Position numbers and translations under genes: made by a program
From: Amoeboradix gromovi X-113
Taxonomy: Eukaryota > Fungi > Sanchytriomycota
Assembly (NCBI GenBank): GCA_018985225.1
Contig: JADGIF010000125.1
Span: 1 to 18,646 of the forward strand
Direction of reading: 5' to 3'
Length of the DNA: 18,646 nt
The notes under the pieces: generated by a model
What the model saw: only the letters and a program-made list of their open reading frames with translations
Told to the model about the DNA's origin: nothing
Databases searched by the model: none
Part shown: one piece after another, positions 9,097 through 18,580 of the stretch
Layout: each line of letters starts with the position of its first letter
Numbering within the stretch: position 1 is the first letter of the stretch

Positions 9097-9661
9097 TTTA
9101 GTTTCAGGGAATCCAATGAAAAATAAAATGAGCAAAAACTTGGGAAATACGCTATAAAAACTAGACAGCATGGAATTGAAAAAAAAGACAAATACAGAAA
9201 GAGCAGAAATCTGTAGGATATCCAAAGCATCGCTAAAAAGTGCCTAAAACTTTGTTACACAGACATTATCAGAATATTACACTAAGGTCAATGAAAGCGG
9301 GTCTGGTGTGCAAGGATCTGCTGTTGCAAAATGAACATTGGTTAGAAATGTAAAGTAGTACGATGGAGAACAAAAATAAACAAAGAGATAAAAAAATGAT
9401 GAACAACAATTATAGGGTGAATACACTGAGGAAAGAGATATCACGGTATTCAAGATTGCAGAATGCATAATTTTGCTTCAGTGGAAATGGTATAAGAATC
9501 ACAGCCTCTAAACCCATATTCCCCATCGCTTGCTCTAAGCACAGCTCGATTGTTTTCTTGAATAAATCATTTATCGCGAATTTGTATATATTTTTGTATA
9601 ATTTCAAGAGTTTTCCAGATTTTCCTATAGCTTAAATACTGGATGTTCTTCGTTTTCGCAA

Positions 9662-9802
9662 ATGGTAAATGGAATAAATAGATGTAATCCTGAATATGTC
9701 AATTCTAAAGAAATAACTAGCAGGTGCAGCATAAATTCATCAACACTGAGGAACTGGTCTAAACATGGAAGAATTAGATGTCTTTCAATACCCAGAAAGT
9801 GA
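9662..9802 (+). pseudogene. IS607 TnpA serine-recombinase N-terminal MerR-like HTH remnant
   Basis: Manual translation MVNGINRCNPEYVNSKEITSRCSINSSTLRNWSKHGRIRCLSIPRK* resembles the IS607 TnpA pattern Y..xkE......vs.sTLRnW...G.I.c...P.g. Not in the ORF track because it is under 60 aa. Confidence 0.7.
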
Positions 9803-9818
9803 TATCTGAACAGTTTAT

Positions 9819-10074
9819 TCAAGGAACGCTTGATGAATGTGCAAGCTGTGGCAATCTAAGGAAAACCAATTTAGAAACATACACATGTGCAAATTGTCAT
9901 TTGGAAATAGATAGAGACCATATGGCAGCAAGGAACATATACATCAAGTATCTGCATCCTTATTCAATCCCGCCTCAGGGTAGTGAAACCGTGAGCAATT
10001 ACTGTAACGGGGCATCTTGGACTGCTAGTTTCTCTGTGTAAATACTCGATTTTCTTGGTAATCTGGACTTTTAA
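9819..10074 (+). pseudogene. Fanzor2/TnpB C-terminal remnant (Zn ribbon and RuvC-III)
   Basis: CASCGNLRKTNLETYTCANCHLEIDRDHMAARNIYIKYL, preceded by TCAAGGAACGCTTGA, which is shared with the LKERLK segment of copy B. Confidence 0.85.
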
Positions 10075-10131
10075 CCAGAGCTGATGTCTAAATAACCGTG
10101 AAATCTCTGAAAAATAAATCAATTTATTAAC

Positions 10132-12799
10132 TTACCCCAAGCTATCGGCAATCAGTTGACTAATATCCATCAAGTCACTCTTTATCTGCAATTCTACATT
10201 TACACCTACACCCAATTCAATCACCATCCTGACCATAGCCATAACTTTTATTCCCCCGTATACGATTCCACTCATCTTTAACAAATGTTTATTCTTGTTA
10301 CTCACATACTCCCCACCTTCACATACACTCATATGCCACTGTCTTTGTAAGATTACAATAAGGTCATCTATAGTCTTGCATACTGTCAGTAGATAGGTTT
10401 CCTTCACTAAGTTGCCCATTTTCTCGTATTCCTCATCAAATAATGGCGTTTTCACTGGCTTCATATAATGCTTTAATTCTAATTCTACATCTTCCAGCTA
10501 AATTATATTATATTACCTGTATTGATTCGTCGATAGCTTCTCCATCTTCCACCATCTTGCACTTTAACTGCGCATTTACTACTCCAAGTACCAGCTGACC
10601 CGGTTGCTTACTGTAGCCACTCCAGCTAATGCCCTCTTGCTTACTGGCGCAATCTAGTGGTATGCTAATCTTTAATCTCAGATCAGCACTCTGTAATTCC
10701 ACCACGCATTGCACAACATCCAGTTCCAGAGTGTTGACAATATGGTATTCTATTACTATAGCATCATTTGTGAACACATGGACTGTCCAAGAAATCTCAA
10801 ATTCCATACCAACTTCTGATAACAAGCTGGATTCACTTGAAGTCCATAGCAATGGAGCTAATGACTGCAGCTGAGGAGGTAGTTTATCTTGTAGTGTAAC
10901 GGATACAGGGTTTACTAAAGGCTGTACTTTAGCCTGTTCTTGTTGCTGCTGCAGTGTGGGTGGCTTTTTAATTGCCTTTGGAACCATCAGAACATTATTG
11001 AGAGACTCAGCAACAGTGCCACTCAAATGTGTTAATTTATCATCCAAATCTGTAAGGTCCATAACTAGAGATGTATTTGGTAACTCATCGTGACTTAACT
11101 TTAGCAAGTAAAACAAGCTGCGCTCCCTAGTCTCATGGTCTAGGTCACGACTGCATTGCATCAAAAGCTTTGTGATTCTCTTCTTTAGTTGAGGCAGACA
11201 TCCAAACATATATAGCGCTTTAACTGCTGCTGCTCTGACATTGCTACTCTCCAGAATTATGCGGTTATATATATATCGTATATACTGCTGAGGATTGACT
11301 TGAGACGGGCCATATTGACTTATAATGTACAATACACGAACATTGAGGGTTGTATACTCGCAATCCTCAATAAACTCACAAAATGATGATAAAATAGATG
11401 ATACCATATTGCTGTTAGCTGCAGATGTATTGTTCTTTGAGTTATTAGTCAGCATTCCTTGAAGTGCACTTATAACTTGCGTTTTGAAGTTGTAGTTGCC
11501 TTCTTCGCGTAACACACTGTTCAAAAATGTAACAAATAAAGACGACTTGTTGGTAAATTTCAAAGACAGCTTACTGATAGCATCTACAATAATAATCTTG
11601 AACTCTTCGTTAAGTGTATTAATTGTGGACTGTATCTGTAATATCAGTCTATCAACCGAATTCTCATTACCGGTTTTCAGCAGCGTAGTGATTGCGAATG
11701 TAGCTATGGAGGTATTTGGATCACTAACTAGCACCTCTAAGTCTATGTTATACGCGCTTATGGCAGTAGGATAATAGTTTGATAATTTATTTAAGTTTTG
11801 CAAAGTTGCGAATTTCAAAGGTAGTTTACTGCTTAAATACAACGAGGATTGGGTAATCAATGGCAATATCTGAGCTTGAGTCAACGGGTTATTGGTACTG
11901 TGAGAATGAATTGCTATCTTAGTTAGCGCATTGCAAGCAGCTAAGATTATCATGTCATATTTGCTATTCAATGCTTTAACCAGGTATTCAAAGAGCTGGA
12001 CAAAAGGATTACTCATTAAATTTGTGTAGTTGTTGATGCATTCATCCCTGATGATATTAATTAACATTGAAGTAGACCAAGGACTGTTAATTGACGAGAT
12101 ACTGGAGAGACATAACTTAAGAATTGATATTGGGTCTTGTTGCTTTAGTAAATACAAAGTAGATATAGCATGATAAGAAGTGAAGTCATAACTAGTAGCT
12201 TGATCCTGGATTAAATTAGACCACTTCTTAATTAAATCTTTATTATAAGGATATAAAATGTAGGCAGAACAGATGGAAGATGAAGCAATAATAGGAGATT
12301 TGTCAACTAAACAAGTCATATAGAACCGCTCAAATGCTTGCAAGAGTGAGGGATCAATTAAAATAGACAACGCCTTTAATGCATTAGAAGTATGGATCAA
12401 ATTCTGATTAAAAGGGCCCTCTTCCTTTGAAAGAGATATAGTGTTCATCGGCTTGCCAAACAACTCCTCAAATGTTCCGGCAATATCTTTGGTTAGCAAA
12501 TTAGTCATTATGATAGTATCTTTGGCCGAGGTTAGTTCCATCATTAAAATGTAAACAATTTGACGAAGCTGGTATTCTTTGGAATTGAATAGCTTGGAGG
12601 CACCAAAGAAGAGCTGGGTTTGTTCTTCTGGAGACAAGTTAAAATAATGATTTTTAGGAGGATTGTTTAAGTATAAAAGGCATTTGGATATCAAAAGTCT
12701 GCACTTACGACTATTAATCTGCTGATGGAACATTTTTGCATTTTGTAAGAGATAAGATTTATCTGGCAAAGAAAATGATATATCGTCTTTCTTGGACAT
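10132..12799 (-). CDS. SEC21: Coatomer subunit gamma (gamma-COP); exons 12799-10517 and 10497-10132, about 882 aa
   Basis: MSKKDD start, IATFAITTLLKTGNENSVDRL, EEFKIIIVDAI, LREEGNYNFK, FCEFIEDCEY and YIRYIYNRIILE. The C-terminal appendage continues in ORF 10132-10464 after a predicted intron. Confidence 0.93.
10498..10516 (-). other. Predicted 19-nt spliceosomal intron in SEC21
   Basis: CAG|GTAATATAATATAATTTAG|CTG. Removing it gives AIDESIQ-LEDVELELKHYMKPV in frame with the downstream ORF, matching the gamma-COP E.Y.LED.E motif. Confidence 0.8.
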
Positions 12800-12982
12800 T
12801 GTTTCAAAAAGAATTTGAGATTGTGGAACAGTACCAATAAAACTAAACTGAGTAACATTCACAGAAGTATGGATATTAATCAACTGTGCTACAGATTGAG
12901 TTTTTTAGTATCGTATATTCTTTGTCAAACTGCTCCTTTACAATTTCTTTTCTTGACATTTTATGGCTGATAAAGTCTCCTC

Positions 12983-13562
12983 GTTAAAAGTCCTGATTTC
13001 CGAGAAAATCGAGAATTTCCACAGAGAAGCTAGCAGTGCTAGATGCTCCGTTACAGTGATTGCTCACGCTTTCACTACCCCGAGGCGGGATTAAACAAGG
13101 ATGCAGATACTTGATGTATATGTTCCTCGCTACCATATGGTCTCTACATCCGAATGACACTTTGTACAGGTTCAGGTTTCTAGGTTGGTTTTCTTTAGAG
13201 TACCACACCTTGTACATGTCTGACTAGTAAATGATTCATTGTATTCGACTATCGTCTTTCCTCTTTGCTTACACTTGAACTTCAAGCGTTCCTTGAGTGC
13301 GTAATGGGACATTGTAGCCATGTTTCTTGCGACCTTTCTCGACAAGCTACTTAGCATCTGGCTCGTATTGAACGAGGGTAGGTATATCAGATCATACGTC
13401 TTTGTATGCTGCACCTGTTAATTATTTATTTAGAATTGATTTACCATTTGCGAAAAGGAAGAATATCGAGTGTTTAAGCTATTAGAAAAATCTGGAAAAG
13501 TCTTGAAATGATACAAAAATATATACAAATTTGCGATAAATGATTTATTCAAGAAAATAGTC
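12983..13562 (-). mobile_element. Internally deleted IS607-type element (TnpA start fused to Fanzor2/TnpB C-terminal half), copy B
   Basis: Left end TTTTCTTGAATAAATCATTTATCGC and right end GGACTTTTAAC are shared with copy A. TnpA-derived CAGGTGCAGCATA is joined at about 13405 to TnpB coding sequence. Confidence 0.87.
12984..13404 (-). pseudogene. Fanzor2-type TnpB nuclease remnant (RuvC-II region, Zn ribbon, RuvC-III)
   Basis: YDLIYLPSFNTSQM...SHYALKERLKFKC...YNESFTSQTCTRCG..., premature TGA, frameshift, then RDHMVARNI. Pro at the canonical RuvC-II position plus a relocated Glu (ESFTS) is the Fanzor2 pattern. Confidence 0.9.
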
Positions 13563-13920
13563 TGCTCTGTGGATTTTGTACCCCTTTTTGTCGCTACTTT
13601 CGGTTTCATTGACTAGTATGCCGAGAGTTGTGCGGGTGCCTGTTATTATCAACACTAAGTTTAGTTTTTATGTTTGATTTCTCTTTTGTTAGATTTCAAC
13701 GTTAGGAAAAATCACGAAGGCTCCCGTAAGGTATTCAGCATGATAACACCAAACTAACTTAACAGATCAATATACCATCAGACTCTTATTCTTTGCTCAT
13801 GAACCACCTACGACTCGCTAATAGTCCAGATATGCTAGAAGTCAAGTATTCTCTGAAAAATGGTAGCTCTGCTCGATCTGTTACCGTAATTTTCCACGCT
13901 TTCAATACTCTCAGACAAGG

Positions 13921-14022
13921 GCTCTGGAAACAGAAAAAATTAAGAAAAAGCGAGTCTTAATGGTTGATGCAGACTCACAATGCAACCCGTCTTCGTTTTT
14001 CATGTCTCTAGCTGAGAAATAA
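13921..14022 (+). pseudogene. Possible ParA/MinD-family ATPase fragment
   Basis: Translates ALETEKIKKKRVLMVDADSQCNPSSFFMSLAEK*, resembling the ParA Walker A' region KRVLxxDxDPQxNxS. No Walker A (GKT) is seen upstream. Confidence 0.45.
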
Positions 14023-14284
14023 AGTGAATTGAGTGATATATAAATTACACATGGAAAGCAGTTGGTCATTTTATCAAATTCTATGCATACGAAAATTCAA
14101 AATTTGATTAAAGACTACGATGACGATATTTTATTTACAACTTACTATAAAAAAGAAATCTATTTATCCAAGCTTGTGAATTCATTTCTACGCCAAGTCA
14201 TTTATTGGTGCTAATTAGAGACAATACGTGGTATCTCCAGTGTTAGAAAAGTATATAAATAAATGTGTTGACTTTAATTGACCA

Positions 14285-16031
14285 ATGTCTTCATCGCGCA
14301 AACGAGAGAGAGAATCTGGAGGAGATCTCGATCTTGAGGTTGAACTCACTTATACCACTGAGAGATACAAGGTTGTACCACAAACGCTCGATTCTATATT
14401 GAGTGTTAAAGGGCACAAATGTATATTGCTAAAGGTCCAGAGGATGATGCACAATGCGAGTGTATGGACCTTGTTGTTTTTCAACTGGAACTTTGAATAC
14501 CACAAAAACCTATTTGAAATCACAGTGCTTACACGAACAGCGTTTTGCCTGAGATACTTTTTGAACGATATCGATCTATGCATGTCTTTTGATAGGGATC
14601 TTATGAATAAATTGAAAATATTCGTATGTGAATACCCACAAAGTGTACACGATCGTAAAGGACTTAAACTACATAACAATCAGTACAACTTCGAAGCGTC
14701 GAGTATAAACACATCTTGCAAGTACTACTGGTAGGATTATGTTAATGCTTTTGGTGTACTCGAACGTAGACTAGTAAAGAGGAACAAGGCTGAAGAGAAA
14801 TTAACAACTGAGTCCTTGGATATTATGGTACAGAAATTGAAACTGACTAAAGGTACAGAGAATCGTTTAAGTTTATTCAGCGAGTGTTCAGGTAAAGTGT
14901 CGAAAGACTCTAGTCCATTGAAGTGCTTTTTATGTCCGCGATTGGGCGAGAGATTCATAACGTTTGATATTGGATGTATACAGAGATATTTTGAAAATAA
15001 ACTGAAATGGTCTCACTTCATTAAAAACTATAACAATTAAAATATCTCTTCCATTTCGACTGATGGGTATTCGTGTCATATGAAGTACTACAATAAAGTC
15101 GAATGTACATATAGACGAGTGAAGCGAAAGAAGGATTACTTCATATCAGAGTATATCCCAGAGAAAGTAACCAGCGCACAGGAATTCAATAAAGCATGTC
15201 TCGAAAATACGATACCTGATATCAGTAAACCCTTTTTGAGGCATGTCAGCAGGCTAGATAATGACGCATTGGCTAAACTGCGCGATCTCGATTGTGTTTA
15301 TGTAGATCCTGGAAATAAATTCATACACAACACTGAATCTACGTCTTTTTAAGCTAAGCAATACATGCATCCCATGTTCACGAATCAGTACCAAAAAGAA
15401 CTAAAGAACATGAAAAAGAAGCACTGCATAATGGAAATAGAGGACAAGGTATCGAAATCAAGGACATTTATCGAATATCTCAATAAAATTGCACCACACA
15501 TGCGAAAGTTGATCTGGTTCTATAGCCAGAAACCCTTAAAGCGATGGCGCTTTAGACGACTAGGGCTCAAGCAGAAGATCGTTTATATGGTATATAACGA
15601 GCTGGTTACAGGCCAGAAGACAATGAGTAATATCAAGTTGAGTGACAAGAAGAGACGGAAACAGAAAGTTGTAAAGGGAACTCTAAAGCGAGCTATTATA
15701 TGGGAAATGGAAGCAAGGTGCATGTACGCGGGAAAAACCCTGCACCCAACCGGTTGCTCTTACATAAGTTCTCTAGATGGGGACAGGTCCTTGTTATTCC
15801 AGAAGAGTACACCTCGAAGAAATGCTACAAATGCAAGCAAGACATCAATGGGAAAGAGTATGGAAAGCGAAAGAGACTTAGGACATGCGAAACATGCTCC
15901 ACAGTGGTCGATACGCGATGTATTTATTAGTTACATTACAAAATTTCAAAAGCCTGTATGGCAGCTTCGTCCTTCGTTGGATGATACCAATATTAAAAGA
16001 GCGAAGGTCTCAATGGACACCTTAAGCAATG
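14285..16031 (+). pseudogene. Near-full-length Fanzor1-type RNA-guided nuclease pseudogene
   Basis: ORFs at 14285, 14816, 15080 and 15365 are one frame broken by three stops (14732 TAG, 15038 TAA, 15350 TAA). Motifs: SISTDGYS, RuvC-I VYVDPG, IIW/GNGS (frameshift near 15700), relocated Glu IPEEYTSKKC, CxxC...CxxC. The RuvC-III segment is deleted relative to copy 1. Confidence 0.9.
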
Positions 16032-16194
16032 GTTGTTATAATTAAGTTATAATTTATCATGGTTAAGGAATTGAAATTGCAATTCCGATATTCCGCGCTA
16101 TGAATGGAGCTTATTTATTCTCAGATTCATATCCAATCATTCCGCTTTTGCAAGGAATATAAAATTATTTAAACAGCTCAATCACTACTTCATA

Positions 16195-16644
16195 ATGATT
16201 ATGCTATTAGTATCTATGCTATTCGGAAACCCAGCAGCAGAAGAATCCACTAACTGTAAGATGGAAAGCAAGGCATGGGCAAAGCTTGCTCTTGCCAATG
16301 AACTGGGTTACTGTAATAAAAAATGGAACAAAGATAAAAAAGGATGTGCTAATTTGGAGAGTAGTCTTGGAACTGCGACAGAAAACGTAGAAAATGTTTG
16401 CCTTGGTCGTAGGGTTTCGTGTGATGATAGTCCTGGAGTAGGTTGCACTGACACTGCTCAGTTCTTTTGTAACGGTATACTATATGCATTAGGTGCTGGT
16501 TATAAATATGAATCTAATGTGAGTGGGGGAGAGTCGTGGACATTCATTAAGAACGATTGCGAAAGTAATTGTGTAATTACTGGCAAAAAAAGAGTGGCAA
16601 TTCTCAATTTATGGAGGACACAAAAATGCAAACCAAGTTACTAA
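16195..16644 (+). CDS. Small secreted cysteine-rich protein (10 Cys), unknown function
   Basis: 149-aa ATG ORF with hydrophobic N-terminus, 10 Cys, AT-rich TATA-like sequence upstream and AATAAA overlapping the stop. Confidence 0.7.
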   Translation: MIMLLVSMLFGNPAAEESTNCKMESKAWAKLALANELGYCNKKWNKDKKGCANLESSLGTATENVENVCLGRRVSCDDSPGVGCTDTAQFFCNGILYALGAGYKYESNVSGGESWTFIKNDCESNCVITGKKRVAILNLWRTQKCKPSY

Positions 16645-18495
16645 TAAACTATTGCATTTTAATATTTAGGTTTCGTGATACTAAGATGCTATAAATAGAG
16701 CAGGTTGTTCCGTAGATGCCTTTTTAACTGCAGCCCTGTTTTAACTCGAGTTAGCGATTCTGCAATAGATCCGAGCAATAATTTTCGCTTTCTTCTTCTA
16801 TTATGACATCTTACTTCTAGCACCCAGAGCACCAAAAGATTCTCATAATTAGTTATTTTGTAGAACTTTGTTACCATTCCACAATCAGAACCTTTCGTTT
16901 GCCGATTCTGGAATAGAGCGTGAGATTAAAACAGGTTGGTTTTTGTAGTGCCAAGTAACGATTTTATCAGTGCGCAACAGTATTAGTAACTAATTCTATA
17001 TAACAAAAGGATATAGCTGATCTATGGAATCAGTAGAAGCCACCAACCAGTAGCCTGTGAATTAAACTATTACAACCGTTTGGATTGAATGTGCATCACC
17101 CACACACCGAGCTTTACTAGCGTCTCCAATCTCTTTTGTTGAAGTATTCCCGTGCTGATTTACTCCAACATCGAATAACTCTTGAAAATGATAAATTAGA
17201 CAATGCCAGTGATGCGACAAATGATGTAATTGAGGAAATGTTATGCCAAAGATGTTATTGGAAAACGAATCAGAAATTTAAAGGTGCTTCCATAAATACA
17301 ATGTATTGCTGGATTCTCAGAGTGCAAGACTCTAAAGGCAGGTATAGATTGAGGTAACAAACTAAATTATGTGGTAGATTGCATTTTTAAGTAGTTGTCC
17401 CTCCACAAGATAAGACGCTTATGAGTTGGAAATCGAATAGTATTACCACATGCAGCCATGAATTTCTCATTGAAATATCTTTTTACAATGAACCCAAAAA
17501 CATTTGGAATTCGAGTACAAGTATAACCGAACAATAGAAACAATCCCAATGGGCTTAGCAATTATCTAGAATCGGTTTTCAAGAACGATATGATGCCATA
17601 ATTGGTTTTTCAATTTTAGTTGATTTTCTGTTCTTTGAGTCCATATTCTCAAGCACAAGCGCTGCAATTCCAACACCTTCCAATGAGGTTAAAAAAGCAT
17701 AATTAATCGTAATTTCTGTTGTACAATAAATATCTAATTTTTATTACTGATGCTCTTTCCAAAATCTGATTAGGTACTCAGCCAACGAGTGGGATCTCAC
17801 CTGAGGTTCCAGATCGATCAGCTCAAAATCAACTTTTAAGACTTTAGTTCCCAGTAGATTTAAACAGCTGATCTACCTTGAATTTATGAATTTTTTAGTC
17901 AGGATCGACTACCAGTTCAATATTGTTATATGTACAGAGTAGATTAACATCTAGAAATAATGAGACTTCCAGCAACGAAAACTCCGGTTGTCTACACCTA
18001 AAGGAGTCTAGAATGTTGGTTTAACTGATATTCCTTGATTCAACGTAGGCGCAAATCATCTATCAAAAAGCTATTTTCGAGATAAATTTATTAAAATGTG
18101 AATTTGGATGCTGTAAATTTTTTTGTAACAATCTATATAGTTTTCTATTGTTTTATCAACTATTTATTGTGGTAACACTATGTGGTAACTACTTTTATTA
18201 GCGCTCAGTAGAAGTCCATCGTATAATAACAGCGTTAGCGTGAAAATTCACAAATAAGTAAAAGCTTACTGCAATAAGATCATTTATTTATAAATCTTTT
18301 GCCCTTTATACTAAAAGACTCCTTGGAATGAAACTCATTCTTAAATTCATAGTCCCTGATAAAAAAAGAAATTCCAAAATATTCTACAGAGAAGACGTAC
18401 AACGAAATGATAAAATCTGCAACTGAGGATAATTTGGAATTGATAAAGCAAAATCCAAAACAAAACAGCAAAAATTAAAAACCTAACTGATGACT

Positions 18496-18580
18496 TGGGA
18501 CATGCTCTGTAAAAAGTAGACTGGGGGTAAAAAACGGGTGACGAGATTTACCCAGTTGAACTTTTCACAGCAGTGTCCCA
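18496..18580. repeat. 85-bp imperfect inverted-repeat (MITE-like/hairpin) element
   Basis: Left arm TGGGACATGCTCTGTAAAAAGTAGACTGGGGGTAAA; right arm reverse complement TGGGACACTGCTGTGAAAAGTTCAACTGGGTAAA. Confidence 0.65.

Larger units (their letters stand above)
9548..10075 (+). mobile_element. Internally deleted IS607-type element (TnpA HTH fragment plus Fanzor2/TnpB C-terminus), copy A
   Basis: Colinear homology to the reverse complement of 12983-13562 at both ends. Contains a TnpA HTH remnant and TnpB CASCG...CANC..IDRDHMAARNI. Confidence 0.85.

Noticed and set aside
9097-9225. N-terminal extension of the carrier ORF from a TTG start (similar extensions at 6689, 7875 and 12883)
   Set aside because: Eukaryotic genes; downstream ATGs match the family N-termini.
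9277-9545. Purine-rich coding-like stretch with many stops
   Set aside because: No identifiable homology and outside the region shared by the two IS607 copies.
10132-10464. Separate 110-aa gene
   Set aside because: Better explained as exon 2 of SEC21 (appendage domain).
14285-16045. Alternative genetic code or tiny introns rescuing the Fanzor1 as an active gene
   Set aside because: Host genes end in TAA, no fitting GT-AG micro-intron was found at the first stop examined, and frameshifts plus the RuvC-III deletion indicate a pseudogene.
16689-17700. Scattered weak ParA-like peptides on the minus strand (e.g. TCFNL...GKRKVLIVE) and short ORFs
   Set aside because: Fragments are weak, lack GKT and are not in colinear order; no family can be supported by eye.
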